Source: Takakia lepidozioides (lineage: Eukaryota > Plantae > Bryophyta). From it: DNA of 64,000 nucleotides. Position numbers and translations under genes: made by a program. Below are positions 1 through 13,765 of the stretch, piece after piece. The notes beneath the pieces are model-generated. The model saw only the letters and a program-made list of their open reading frames with translations. It did not search any database and was not told where the DNA came from. Position 1 is the stretch's first letter. Each line of letters starts with the position of its first letter. The stretch spans positions 62,620,001-62,684,000 of the forward strand of contig CM060733.1 in assembly GCA_030704615.1 (NCBI GenBank), given 5' to 3'.

Positions 1-610
1 ACGCATTGCAGATACAGATACAGGTGATGTGGTTGGGCTTCACCCCTTCCCACACCATTTGCTCAGAGGTCTCCAAAGCCTCCATCCCACACCCATGCTG
101 TGCATATCCTGCAATCATTGCGCTCCAAGTTCGTTCAACCATTAGGTCGAACACTCCCTTTGCATCCTCAATGCACCCACATTTGGCATGTGTGTCCACC
201 AGGGTACTATTCAGAATGACATCTGGTAAAATTCCAGCTTTGACAATGTCCCCATGGACTTCCTTGCCCTTATCCAGCGCTAGCAGGCTCGCACACACCT
301 TGCAAACCTAACTTGGGGTGATGTGGTCGGGCTTCACCCCTTCCCTCATCATTTGCTTATAGGTCTCCATCCCGCGCCCCCGCTGTGCATAAGCTGTAAT
401 CATCGCAGTCCAAGACACCACATCTCGTTCGGCCATATTGTCCAACACTCCCTTTGCATCCTCGATGCTCCCACATTTCGCATACATGTTCATCATAGCA
501 GTGTTTAGAACAACATCTGGTACGATTTCAGCTTCGACAATGTTAGCATGGACCTCTTTGCCCTTTTCCAGGGCTGCCAGGATCACACAAGCATTGCAAA
601 CACTAACATG
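1..610 (-). pseudogene. PLS-class PPR gene fragment (runs off window start)
   Basis: Minus-strand translation gives L/S/P motifs (CNACVILAALEKGKEVH; LNTAMMNMYAKCGSIEDA; DVVSWTAMITAYAQ) very similar to the 28937-32323 gene. There is a frame break near 310 and small deletions. Confidence 0.9.
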
Positions 611-1169
611 GATGATGTACTTCATGTGTCTATGTAAAAAGGGGGTGGCGAGGGCGAATGTGTCCGAAAATAAAAAGGGATATGAAGGAAGAGGGGCTGC
701 ACTCGTCGGAGTAGACGAGGAAAGGGAAGATGTAGGAGATGGAGGTCGCGTCTGACTTGCAAATCTCGCTAAGTCCTCATCCCCCTCACCGCGACTTACG
801 AAGCAGAGAGAGTCTCCTCTACTCTATAGAAAATCGACGTGTGTCATTATAGTTAAGAAATAATGCCATATAGGTTACAATTAATAAAAATGTCCCGGGG
901 GGTCCAACCCGCAGTCGTTAAAACAACTCCAATTTATCATAATATTAAAAATATATATTTTTCTATTTATTGGAAATCGACGTATAAATCGGCGCCAATC
1001 CCGCAGTGGTTTCGGCGACTTCTGATCCTCATCCGCCATGCCACCGTGGCCCCAATTTGCCTGCGACGACTGGCAAATCATTATTCAGAACCTGGAGTCC
1101 CAGGCGTAGACGTTTCGGACAGAATCGCAACCGCGAGTCGGGTGCGAAAAACACCTATTCATTGTGGTG

Positions 1170-1800
1170 TGAACCGAAATTCATTGAATGGGTCAACGGA
1201 TGGTTGCCCATCCAAATCATTTTTGTTTGCTTTCAAACTTTTCCAGTACGCTCGGTACACCCTCTCACAGGTCCCGGACTAATATGAGATCAATCGAAAT
1301 TCATTCAATGGCTCACAGATTAATAGCAGATGAACCGGAATTCATTGAATGGGTCAACGGATGGTTGCCCATCCAAATTAGTTTTGTTTGCTTTCAAACT
1401 TACGTTCAGTACACCCTCTCACAGGTCCTGGACTAATATGAGATCAATCGAAATTCATTCAATGACTCAACGGATGGTTGCCCATCAAAATGATTTTGGT
1501 TCGCTTTTGAGACTTGGGCAGTGTGATCAATGTACCATCTAACATGTCCCAGAGTAATATGAGATGAAACGAAAATCGTTCAATGGGCCAACGGATGGTT
1601 GCATATCCAAATGATTTTTGTTCGCTCCGAGACTTGGCCAGCATGTTCAATGTACCATCTAATAGGTCCCAAAGTAATATGAGATCAATCGAAATCCGTT
1701 CGATGGGCCAACGGATTGCCCATCCAAATGGTTTTTGTTTGCTTTGAAACTTGGGCAGCATGTTCAGTGGACCGTCTTACAGGTTCCGGACTAATACGAG
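1170..1800. repeat. Tandem array, ~120-bp unit, ~5 degenerate copies with a quasi-palindromic core
   Basis: AATATGAGATCAATCGAAA recurs at ~1281, 1435, 1556, 1676 (degenerate at ~1792). Each unit contains TTGAATGGGTCAAC...GTTGCCCATCCAA or a variant. Confidence 0.85.
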
Positions 1801-2399
1801 GTCTATAGTTTCACATCCACATGAATTATTTTGTGCTTCGAGAACTTAGTGGGTATGTTGTTCATTGGTTGACATCAAATTTTCCTTGTTTTGGAACTTT
1901 CTGAGTTGATTGCAGATACCCACATACACGTCATTATCAAATATGAGACCATTGTAAATTTTTATACAAAATGAACCACTTCTTCCCCATCACATGAGTG
2001 AGAATGTGAAGAAAACACTACTCATACAATTGAAATTGGCAGACAAAATTGGTGCATATACAAAATTGGCGTCCGGAGTGCTATTAGTATGTTGCAGAAA
2101 TTCAAGGTACAACAAAAATCCACATTGTCTATGTACTACGTTGCTAATGATTTGCATTGCCAATACGGAGAGCTTGGAACCGTGATCTCGTGGTCAATGA
2201 GGAACCCAATGAGATGTGATCAATTCTGGCCAACATCTGCCTACTTCGCGGTGAAAGTTGACATTCTTCCTGACTCTCACGACGTGGCGGAGGTGGATCG
2301 ACGACAAATATTCGGGCTGCATGCAAATCGGCAACGAGGCCGTCCATATTCGGCAATAGACCCCCCGAACCACGATGAAAACGGTCTGTCCATAGTCGC

Positions 2400-3985
2400 C
2401 TCCATTCATCTACAACTGCCTTGATGCTACCCTTGAAATTTTCCAACTATCTCTCGCGGGCCCTGTCCCTAATCATTATGTCGTCTCGACGATAAGCCAC
2501 CTCGTACGCCTCATTCATTCGGCGTTGATATATTATAACATCTTCCACTTCGGACAGCAACAAATGTCTCCCAATCGGTTCTCGGTTATACAATTCGTTC
2601 CGTTCCGGCACCCCTGGAACCTGTGGGAGCCGGATAAACCTCGACCTTCTTTTACTCCAATGTCTTCCCGAATTGCGGCAAAACTACTCTTTCTCCCACC
2701 AATCGGGAATGCCTCCCGCACGTACCGTTATTTCCCGGTCAGATGTGACCCAGAAATACTGGGGTGATTTAACGTATGTCGGGTTTCCGGCATGTATGGC
2801 ATGCATTTATCTGTCTGCATCCCACAACAAGTTTTTGCCCCAATGCACACAATTCAGAAATGTAAATGGTTGCCCATCTAATGGGAGGTTGTGTCGATTG
2901 TATTCAAAACCTATCGGCATCATGTCCTCCAAGCCCACCAGCTCATAGAAACGACGATGGATTGGTATACGACATTCTGGGCAAGCGCTCATCCGCAAGG
3001 ATTGCGGGATAAGACATATGAGATAGAACATATGTCCACATGATCTAAACACATAACATCCCTTTGGGCCGTATGGATTCGTGCACATCGAATAAACTAT
3101 GTCATCTGATATCCATGACAACAAAACGCCTCATGATATCTCCTTCCTCTCGGCTGCGATGATATGGCTGCTCATCCTTGTTGTGGTGTCCCATTCCTCC
3201 CTCTCGGCTGCATTGATATGGCTGCTCATACTTGTTGTGGTGTCCCACTCCTCCTCTATCTCCAATTCCTAGTTTATGCTTTTGTTCGATCTCGAAATTT
3301 TGTGCTCATATCGATCGAACATAGATTCCACATCTGCCCAGTTGGTATACCGGGCGAACATGTTTGATGCGTTGTGGAGATCGTTATACCTTTGCATGTT
3401 GTCATAAATGCTACCCACGCTATGGTTTGATATGCGTGCGACACGTTGCAAGGCTGACAGTGCCCGCTCTATGCTTCTCTGGAGGCCAAGTGGGTCGCCC
3501 ATTGTACCCAATTCTCCCAATCATCATTCAATGAGACCCATGCCTGAATCTCCAATGTTTTTGACAACCGCCATGTCGTTGCCATGACAATGTCTCGCTC
3601 TCTTGTAACGCGATCGACATCATCCATGGTATCGGATTGAATGGCTACCCTCGAGCATTCCCCGGTTTCCAATACTGGATATTTTCATTTTCTCCTTCTC
3701 TTGTTCGCAATTCGCTGTTCCTCAACCATGGTTTCATCGGCCTCAGGGTCAAGGACGTCCGTAATTCCGGCAATGATGCGATCAATACTGTGATCGGACA
3801 TTGTAAACTCCGCGGCTATGTCCATGTCGTTCGTTCGAACCTCATTGTGGACAGTGCCTTCATTGTTTCGAGGCGTGTTTTGCAATGTACCCTCCAACTC
3901 GGCTATGCGCAGTCTTTGTCATTCCACAAGGTCATCCAGGGTCCTAATTCACTGTTTTGTTTTCGCCAGTTGTTCTTCTGTCATG
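2400..3985 (-). pseudogene. Degraded intronless gene: coiled-coil region followed by a RING-finger-like domain (probably TE cargo)
   Basis: Consecutive minus-strand ORF pieces. 2807-3124 reads MCTNPYGPKGCYVFRSCGHMFYLICLI...CPECRIP (RING-like C..CGH..C..CPxC). Upstream heptad-like QRLRIAELEGTLQ. Several stops and frameshifts. Boundaries approximate. Confidence 0.6.
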
Positions 3986-4500
3986 GTTTAGTCATGGTTA
4001 ACTAGAATTACCTACTTCTAGTTAACTAGGACATTTTAGATATTTATATTTATATTTTGTGTGTTGGGACTTCATTTGGTCTCATATACCAAGTGAGGTG
4101 TCAAGCCTCACTTGGGACATGGGGATGGGTTTTCCCCTTTGAAGGTCGAGGAGGGTTCATATTCTTGTAGTTGTGCCTCCATGAGCCTCTCCCACCTCCA
4201 TAGCTCTAGGTATTGAGAGGGAGTGTGGTGAGGGCTTTGTAGGATGGATTCCTTTAGCAAAGGTGTCATTGGCTTGACTTAGTTTATGTGATTGAGTGGA
4301 TTCATGAGTGAAGTGTTTCCATTGTATGTTCACTTCCATTATTACTACAAGAAGATGACCTTATGCTTGTGAGTGCGGAGTGTAAGGATTAGTGTAGCAC
4401 TTGTGTTGGTGTACACCAAAGAGCGATAGAGCTAGGAAAGCTCAAGTATCTCACAAGGCTTGCAAGGTGTTGCAAGGAAGAGTGTTTTTGCATTGCATCA
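3979..4500 (+). mobile_element. Possible solo or truncated LTR
   Basis: Starts TG(TCATGG) and ends TGCATCA exactly where the MULE transposase fragment begins (4501). Non-coding. No matching TSD. Confidence 0.35.
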
Positions 4501-4721
4501 GGCGCCCGCACAAACAACGTAGCGCACCCGTACACCATCGAGCATCTTCATGCTGGTGGTTTTGGTGATGCACCAAGGATGACCGTCATGTTTCCTATCC
4601 ATATCTGTCAACATTCCGGACGCCTCGAATAGTCCGTTTGAGGAGGGAACTCAAAGAACATATTACCGTCGACGTCTGCGGGAAGGCATGTAACGGATTT
4701 AATGGCGAACTTGCTGTAGTT
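4501..4721 (-). pseudogene. Family A transposase fragment (continuation of 13885-14495)
   Basis: Reverse complement matches ~53186-53407 (YSKFAIKSVTCLPADVDGNMFFEFPP...VRYVVCAGA). Confidence 0.92.
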
Positions 4722-7419
4722 GGGGAATGCTTGCGCGTGAGCCTGGCCGCATGAGCCTATGAGCCTGTGACCCTGGCTAGGCTCACGCCACGTCAACAAT
4801 CATCCACGTGTGCAGGTCCTAATTCCGTGCTCCCCCCCCCCCCCCCTATTACCGCGATCAGTTGTCGCATATGTCCCTTTCATTGCCCCCACATGAATAT
4901 TCTTTCCGACCGAGAACAATGGTAGGTTTGTGGATGGTTTAGGATCGAGGACATGAGTTTTGAATGAGGAGATCGCCCGCTAGAGAATTGAATATTAACA
5001 GCAAACCCCTTTTAAGGCAAAGTAGTTCATTCATTCCAACCCACAAACATTTTCCAATGCTGGAATCTGAAGACCCACCCCAGGCAATCCCTAACTGTAC
5101 TTACGGGAACGCGCGAAGATCTTGAAAAACAGTTTGGGGATGGAAGCAAAACCAAAATACATTTTATTAAGTCTCGGTACTTGAACCTCGAGAACTATTG
5201 GAGGTTTCAGAGGAACTACTTCCAGAGTCTGCAGCAATATCATCTATGAGCACAACAGCCCCTCCTTGATGTTTTTTTTCTCCGCGACCCCCATGGAGAG
5301 GCGAATACATTGTTTGTTGGGACAACACCCGTGCGCAAGCTTCCGCGTAAACCGGCAAGCGGTAAGCTCTAAGGGGACTCAGGGACATGTAGTATCCTTG
5401 GAAACCGAAAGGTGTCTGCGTATTCGATGACGCTTGCCGAACTCTGGAAAGCAAGAAGAGGAATGGTGGTAGATGTTATCATCCAGAAATAGACAATGTA
5501 AGCAACCATCTGTCGAACGGGAATGACACAATGAAATGCAACATATTTTGCACAACTAGAGCCGAACTTACTCACACTAAAAATCGGAGTCCACGTCGAG
5601 ATCCTCGTCAGGCGCTTCGGGCTCCTCAAGAAGTCCCTCCGTGGATGGGGCAGAAGTAGTGCCCAACTCAAGCTGATGAAGCTCACTTGAGAAGAGCTCC
5701 GTATCAGCCTCCATGCCGAAGAAGTGCCTTCCGGCGCTTTTGCACGCATGAAAAGATGCTCCTGCAAATCAAAGATGAACGAGAAATCAAAACAGGGCTT
5801 CCCTAAGCTCACTGCCCACATTTCAAACACAGTGTTCAGGGCCCCACCTGTTCCCATAGACAAGTCAACCACTCGTCCACCGTGACGGCTGCATGTCTCT
5901 ACCAAAGTCTGCATGAAAGCTGGGGATTTCTCCCATGCACCTCTCCAAGGGACACCAGTCGACCTTTTCGTGGTTCGACCTGAGTCCACGTAATTGAAGA
6001 TTACATCATCCTCCACTGGCTCGCAGGTGGGGTCAATGTGAGCTGCAAGGTCCCTCAACTGGAACTCAGCAATACCAGGAGGAAGAGTGTCCTTACGCAC
6101 CCTCACCAGGCACAAAGCTTCGAACACCCGAGTCTGTCAACAATCACGAAGAGAGCATGAGGCAAAAGACAAAACCAACTTTTGACATGTACATCAGAAC
6201 CACTTAACTTTAATTCAAAGGAACCAACTCACTTTCTGCCCCGGGAAACTCGCCCTTCGTAAGAAGCAGAGTATTGATGCATGTCCAAGTTTTGATGACA
6301 CGAAACCCGGAAGCTTTCATGTAGCTGAAAAGAGTTCTCCGTGCCGACATGTCCTTTGACTGCATGAGAAGAAGAGCCCCCGAGTCAGAAAGGAATTTGT
6401 TGCTGAATGAGAAGGCCCACTGCCAGTAACGAGAATCCGATTTGTTCCAAGTGGGGGTTGAATTGGAAGGCAACACATCAAGGACAAGGAAACCGTTAGG
6501 AATGTCCAGCACCACAAGGTCAGTCGCGTATGCCTGCTGAACTCCATTCACCCAATCCGGCCTTTTTGTGACCTATAGCCAAAAACAGGAGACAGTGTCA
6601 CAAGCCCAATCTTGATCCAACAGGAAATCAATCCCATCAACAAGCTAGAACAAATTGCCAAAACAAAATTATTCACACAACAGTTAAGACATATGTGCTT
6701 ACCTGAGTGAGGAACGAAACAAGCATGTCCCATGATTTCGAGGGCACCCCTTTGAATGTAGACTTCCTGGATTCCATCATTGCCAGAAAACTTTCATTCA
6801 CCACCTTACGATGGAACTGGCCCAAAACCCTGGATGGATGTTCTCTCGCATCGAAAGGCTGCTCCCTCGACATTGTTGTTCTCCTATCCCTCCTAGTTGG
6901 AGAAGGTTGTCTTTCAGCGACCTCTGACGGGCCCTGTTCCTGCGGAGCTGCACTCTTCCCCTTCCCCTTTGGATCCCCGGCAATCTTCCCCTTCCGTTTT
7001 GGAGTAGTAGATTTCTCAAGCTCTTTTGCAGCCAGAGCAGCAATGATTCTGTCCTGAATGTCTTTGTCAGCCAGTGGGGCAAGTGTCGCGGCGTTGTCGT
7101 TAAGGTTTCTCAAAACAACTTCATCGAATGGTGTGTCCTGTTTTGGCAGATCGAGGTACCACCCACAGTCTCTGAAGTGCGCCCTGCTCCAGTCTCTGGC
7201 AATACCAGCCATGTACATTGTCTTGTCGTTGGAGGGGTCAGCCCACGAGTAGATGAAGTCTGGGTCATCGCTAAGGTACTTTCCCGGTATGAGGACATGA
7301 TACATATACCTGAATGACACACACACCCAAAATCCAGACTGTCAATCGATCTGATCAGGACACAGATCACACATCACATGTAGGTCAGTAACACTGATAA
7401 ACCAACGTTTGAAAGCTCG

Positions 7420-8186
7420 ATTCAACATTGCGTTGATGCAATGTTGATTTGAGCTGAAATGGGAAACATCAATTTTGGAGAACTGCACTTTCAACAAGCA
7501 CGTACGAGAGGGAAAGCCCATTATCCTAAAACATCTCATGCACAACATTGGAACCCCAATCAACCTTGCGTTGACGCAAAGAAGATTGGCGGATACACCT
7601 ATGATAATGTAGCATTGAAAGAGACAGTGCTTGGCAACAGAATTCAACATTGCGTCAACGCAAGGTTGTTTTCATTAACAGAGAAAATGGAAAACAGTGA
7701 TTGAAAAACAACATCCGAATATCTGCTGGTATGGATATTCAACCTTGCGTTGACGCAAGGTTGAATTCCTCTGCTGAAACACCTGTCCAGGGTATTTTTG
7801 ATACCCTTAACTTTCCTGCAATTGTATGGGAATCGGGGTATTTTGGCGGGATTAATCTAGCAATCCATACCGTCAAACAACGTTGCGTCAACGCAAGGCT
7901 GTTTGATGGTACAGTGCAAGCTCTAAACAACATTTCAAACAGACTCCAAACCGACTTTAAGTTCATCCTAGCAGCATTGCAAATGGAAACCACCAAAAAA
8001 ACAACCCAAGAACACAGGAAAACCTACACAGCCAGGCCCTTCATCAACCTTGCGTTGACGCAAGGTTGATTTGCCTGTCAATTGTTTCCCTTTCACATGC
8101 AGAATAACGACTTCATTGGATACCCCAGGTACATGAAAGTGAAACCAAAACAAAGGGATACAAGCTTGCGTTAACGCAATGTTGCT
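7420..8186. repeat. Seven copies of the family B palindrome inside intron 7310-8280
   Basis: TCAACCTTGCGTTGACGCAAGGTTGA or variants at ~7422, 7560, 7643, 7738, 7876, 8043, 8160. Confidence 0.9.
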
Positions 8187-9865
8187 TGGCTGCACGTCCA
8201 GAGCCTTCAGAGCTCCCTGAAAACCTCCGAATTCGCAGTTCTACATGAAAAAAATGAAACAAGAATACAGAAACATACACTTCAAGTACCAGAATTGTTT
8301 CTTGGAGGTCACACCTGTCAACACTCGTTTCATTGCTTGCTCGCTGTTGTACTGGTTTTTGAATTCGTAGGACCTGGAGATTCTTTTTTCTCTCTCAAAC
8401 TCCTTGAGAAAACAGTTGTTCCAGACAGCGAGCTTCAATCTCCTGATATAGGCCTCTAGTGTGATCCGGGGGCAAGACATCTGGATTTTGTAGTCTGCCA
8501 TTGACTCCCCAAGTGCAGCCACCGCTCGTTTTTCCAACTGCAGCAAGAAAGATCATAAGAATTGTGGAGAGAGCACGGAGCAGCAGAAGCATTTGAAAAT
8601 GGTTTTGTGGAAACTTTACCTAGCTCCAGAAGGTTGCTTTGTGTAGCCACTGGTAATGTGCTTACACCTGTTCCAGAAATTCCGTGCCAAGACTTGGATC
8701 TGCTATGCGGATTTGTTTGTCGAACGCACTCATGAGGTTCTTCGTTTGATTGTTCATCTCAAATTTCATTATGTCCTCAAGCCCAGTAGCAGACCTCTGC
8801 TCTTCTGTGTGGGAAGCATAGTACTCTGCTTTCACCTTCAAACCAGTTTCTGCTATTTCTTGCTGCATACATTACAGGGAGAAAGAATCAAACACTGCCG
8901 TTTCTTGATAAAATTTGCAGTAACAACAATCAAACAGATATCAAGAATCATACCGTGTACATGTAGTCAAGAAAAGCCTCCCTTGTCAGGCTGTACCATG
9001 TGCTTGTCTTATTTTCAGCACACCTCTTTATCTGCTGAGGACTGAGCACGTTCGTGAATGACTCCAGTGGCATCAGCCCTATCTTCTGGATACGGAATAG
9101 AGTGTGGCAGAGATTTGTCGTCACATGGGAGGTTTCATTGGACCTGGAAAAACCTTCAACTCATAAGTTGATTTCTAATTGTGCAAACGCAGATCGGAAG
9201 GGGAACAATGTTGGTAACTTACTTGTTTATGTCGTGCATGGCTGTCAAGAGCTGCATGACACGTCCTTTGTGGTCGAGTACCATGGAAACCACACTCCAA
9301 TGCCATTCGATCTCGTCCGAGTGCAAGCTTGAAATGTAATCCATCCAGGCAAGCAGTCTATGGTTCCCATCCCAGACAAAAAACATCTTTCCCATAAACG
9401 CTTTTGTGGAAGCCTTTTTGGACAGCTTGAACTCAAACTCCCTGTTTACATCCCGCCAGCATGCATCCGAACTTTGCTCTGTCTCCTCTGTTACAGGACA
9501 CTCCTCTCCTTTCGTGTTCATAGTGGATACATAGAACACAGCAGATCCCTTGACATAGCCGTGAACAAAATCGTTCGTCAACTTCGTGATGTCGTTCCTC
9601 AATGCGGGTCACCGCGGGCATGGAGATCATCCTGCATAGTGGGATAACCAGGTTTCCGCCGGGAACCTCCATCGATAGAATCACCTTCAAGGAATTCACT
9701 TTCTGCCCACCCATAACCTCCTCGGCCTTGTCTTCATAGTGTCCCTCAAATGACTCCTCCTCACCATCACCTTCTGCCACTTCCGCATCTCCCCCCACGG
9801 ATTTCCTTTTCTTTTCCTCTGCACAGAATGAATATCCCCGTGAGTGACAGATTGAGCTCCCATGG

Positions 9866-10440
9866 ATCTACCGTGCGTTGACGCAAGGTTGATTGATGGG
9901 GATGCAGCTTAGTCTGAAATGCATACATTCCATTGAACCAACTAAATGCTTTGCGTTGACGCAGGGTTCTTTCGGTGGCTTCAGATAATCGACTTTCCCT
10001 ACATTGCGTTTCTTGGTGCGAGACTTCAGATGCAGAGAGTGGCATCAGAATCAGCCTCGCGTCAACGCAATGTTGATTCGAGTGCTGAATCTGCTTCATG
10101 TCACCTTCATAAACAAACACTTTGGAGGTTGACATCAACCTTGTGTTGACGCAAGGTTGATGTGGAGCTCTCAGATTGGTGTTCAACAAACAAAAAAATC
10201 ACATGGAAAGGCACATTGCAACTTATGGTTTCTTCTTGGCACTGTATGATGCACCGGGAGCATTCAACAGTTCCATGGCTGCCAGGCGTTTAGGGTTTGT
10301 GGGATTGAACAGAAAAGGCACACGAATCAACCTCGCGTCAACGCAAGGTTGATTCGAGTGTAGCATCTGCACTCGTTTCATGCCCAGAACATACACTGTG
10401 GAGTCGACATCAACCTTGCGTCAACGCAAGGTTGATGTTG
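9866..10440. repeat. Six copies of the family B palindrome in the first intron of the ParB-MTase gene
   Basis: Copies at ~9866, 9947, 10050, 10134, 10326, 10409. Confidence 0.9.
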
Positions 10441-11640
10441 ACCTCTCTGATGAGCATGGAACAGACAAAAAAAAGGATAAAGAGGGTGGATAGTCACCTC
10501 CGGTTTCTTCTTTGCACTTGATGATGCTCCTGAGGCATTCAACTTTTCCATGGTGTGTGGAGGCAGCATACTTCCAAGGAGGTCCCGGTGGTGCGAAACA
10601 ACGACAGACGGTATGGTCTTTGTGTCCATCTCTCCTCCCTGCTCTCTCAAGACCTGGTTCTCCACTCGCAGTGCTTCCTCCCGAGCCCAGCTGACTTCCT
10701 CGTCCTCCCCCCCTTCAATTGGAGGTTGCTCTTCGGTCGCCTCCGGGATCACTTGAAGACCTTCCTCTCCAAACAGTGGTTGCAGAATTGGGTTTTGGCG
10801 TTCGTCCTCATCTCCGCCGGAGGTTTCCTCTCCCATTATAAGTTCATGTCTCGCCTTCCTCATCCTCTCCTTAGCGCGTACCCTTTGCTTGTTTGATGTG
10901 AAGTAAAGTGTTCTTCGACGTTTTCTTCTCCCTCGGGACATGGTCACCGTCTCTACAGAATCCAGGGTTGCAAAGACAATATGGAGAAGAAGGAAAAAAG
11001 GGGGCTACGGTTGTTTCAGCACAAGGCCTTCCACGCCAAGATGATCGCTCGGAATGACCTGTGCGCCACATGCTCATTCCACATGCATGGCGAACACGTG
11101 TCCATCTAACCGTTATGTATATCTCCGGAAATTATTTTTTCCTCATCTACCAAAATTCATTCGGGTCCACCTCTCATCCGAAAAAGTTCATTGATGAGTA
11201 ATAGCTTTTGGGATGTTTCAGAGGAATGTGAAGTATGTACAGTTGTACAGCGGTGCAAGTGCCGTTAAAATTGAATGGAAATGGGCATCTCATCTGGAAT
11301 CTCTGACATGACAGGCAAATGGCGGCTCTGTTAGTGAATCTTGCTGAGTTGGTTGTCCAATGCACTGGTGGGGCACCTCTAAGAAAACAGTTGCATTCTT
11401 TGATTAGGGCTGACATTATCCACTCCGCATTTGGGCACTCTGCAACCGTCCACTTGGTGTGCATGGGGACACATTCCTACGATGTGCCGAACCGCGTTAG
11501 GAGACCTGCAAGCGGGTGCGACACCTGCAACTGTGTGTAAGGACGTCATCTATACAGCCAAAAAAACTCCGCTCTAGTACAACCTGCAATCAGAAGCAAC
11601 GTCGGACTATGAATTGTTCGTTTTGAAGCAACATTGACAG

Positions 11641-13192
11641 ATGGCTTCCCAGCCCATGGGCTCCCTTGACGCGGACTTCTTCAGTGAGGACCACCCTGTC
11701 CCCTTTTCTTACGAGGTGGAAGATGACGGTTTTGCGGTGGTGCATGAACACGTGCTCGCAACGCAGTTTCGGTTGGAAAATGGAACTCTATTCCTTGAAA
11801 GGGAAGTTTACGATGCCAATGGAAAACTGCTCAAGTACGCGTTCCAGAAACCTTCGCATACTGCACCAACCACACAATGGAGAGTGACTCCAAGCAGATA
11901 CAGGGTGCTCAGTGCTCCTCGGAGACAGTCTGCAGGATCGTTCGTTACTCCTGGCACGGCAGCATCAGTGGCCCAGGAGAAAACACCCGTGGTTGTCAAG
12001 AAGGAGTCAAGTACCGTTAACACTGTAGTTGAGCTTTCGGACTCATCCTCCGATGATGCCTGTGAAATATTGCCCGTGGATCAGCCATGTCCACATCAGG
12101 AAGCAGATGTGGAGGAGATCACCAGTGTCATTCCTAAACTGAAAGCCGTGGGTGGGATGGCAGGATTCAAGAGTGAGTTGAGGGGGATTGACTGGAGCAC
12201 TTTCAATGTTCAGAGGGTGGCATTCTTGCCGGAATCTTTTGATGGTAATACTGTTTTTGAGCTGCCTCCTCCTGGTCGCGTTGGGGGCATTTCCAGTCTC
12301 ATGGAAGGAATGGACAAAAAGAACGATGGGCACCCTTGGTGCCGCACAAAAACCTCCAATATTCACAACCACGACAACCTCATATTCAGGCGAATAGTCT
12401 GTAATGGGCACCTGAAATGCGAGAACATGAAATGCAGACACTTTGCATTGTCGGGTGTGCAAAACCAAAGCGAATGGGATGGTGTCAGTGAGAATCCATT
12501 CAAGCCTGGTGTGACACCTCCATACAGTAACACTTTTTTGTGCAAGTTCTGTAGGGTACCGCCTTGCTGCCTTACAATGTGTGGCGCCAGAATGTACTAT
12601 GTGGTGCATCGATTCAAAACCCTGACTAGAGCCTGTGTTCATTTCGGTTTTCACAACCACCCTGTGTCCAAGGGGGATTACAGTCTCGCGTATGATAAGG
12701 CAAGAGTTGGATACCAATCCAACTAGAACCACATCTGCAATTGCCATGGGGGCGAGCAAGTCCTTTCTGGAAAGCCGTATTCTGTGTGCATCGGATTCGG
12801 TTGGAGGAAAACTGGAGGGACCAGCTTTGGACACTGTTATGGACCATTTCTCGACTTTGACTTCTCCAAACATTAGGAATCAGGTGAAGATAATGGAAGT
12901 GCCTGATCCAGGGTATGGTCGGGTCTTCACCATGATCTCATCCGTATCTGCGCTGTAGGACAAGACGTACGACATCACTGTTTCCAATTTTCCAAATTGT
13001 ACCTGTCCTGATTTTGTTGGTATGCTTTCAAGTAGTTTGGGAAAGAGAGGGAAGTTCATACCGTGCAAACACCTTTACTTCGTCTTCTTGAGAAGGATGG
13101 TTTGTGATCCAAAGCGGGACTTCTTCATTCACCAAGCCACTATGAGTTTCAACGAAGTCAACACACTTCTACAGCGGGATACAAGCCCATAG
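11641..13192 (+). pseudogene. Family B MULE transposase with the DDE core deleted (N-terminal domain + GCM-like Zn domain fused directly to SWIM)
   Basis: DGHPWCRTKTSN...CNGHLKC...CKFC...HFGFHNHP aligns with the 52580 transposase. SPNIRNQV is joined directly to KIMEVPDPGYGRVFTM at ~12884, whereas these blocks are ~2 kb apart in family A. SWIM motif CTCPDF...PCKH is present. Frameshift at ~12705, stop at 12956. Confidence 0.9.
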
Positions 13193-13393
13193 AAAGCATT
13201 CACTTGACACTCCGAAATCTGTGTTTTCCTTGACTACAACTTGTAGTGGAATGACTGTTCAAGTCCAGTGTCTCTCAATGTATGTCGTCTAACATCTTTG
13301 CTATGCGTGGGTCAATGCATTTGTCGCATTGGTCTGTCATTCTGTTTTCATTAGCAAGCACAAGAAACTACCTTCAGATAGACAGATGATCAA

Positions 13394-13652
13394 ATCAACC
13401 TCGTGTTAACACGAGGTTTACTTGGAGTTTTCCAAATCCCCCTTGTGCCGACACAAGGTTGATTTTAGTTCTAAGAAAAGAACATCGTGTCAACACGAGG
13501 TTGATTCGGAGAACACGAGGGTGATATGAAGTTCTCCGAATCAACCTCGTATTGACACGATGTTGATTTTAGTTCCAGGAAAACAACCTCGTGTTAACAC
13601 AATGTTCATTTCAGTTCTAGGAAATGAAGCTCATGTTAACAGAAGGTTGAAC
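13394..13652. repeat. Six subterminal copies of the family B palindrome variant AACCTCGTGTTAACACGAGGTT
   Basis: Copies at ~13395, 13441, 13481, 13541, 13584, 13628. Confidence 0.85.
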
Positions 13653-13765
13653 TCCAGGAAAGCCCGAAACCCTTCATCCGTTTCACCTTCATGTGGTGAT
13701 ATCAGCAGTTGGGGGCCCCACGGTTATAGGCCCACCTTCTTTGTGGTGACGTGGCATGACCTGGA

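Larger units (their letters stand above)
5167..10947 (-). pseudogene. Multi-exon ParB/Srx domain + beta-class N6-adenine/N4-cytosine MTase-fold gene, family B (frameshifted)
   Basis: ParB-like IPLCRM...GSAVFYVS...MFFVWDGNHRLLAW (9220-9650). MTase motifs in beta order: DLVVLDIPNG (~6495-6520), FLSDSGALLL, then EKSPAFMQTLVETCSRHGGRVVDLSMGTG|ASFHACKSAGRHFFGMEAD after splicing. GT-AG introns at positions shared with family A. Frameshifts near 9790 and 9610. Confidence 0.85.
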
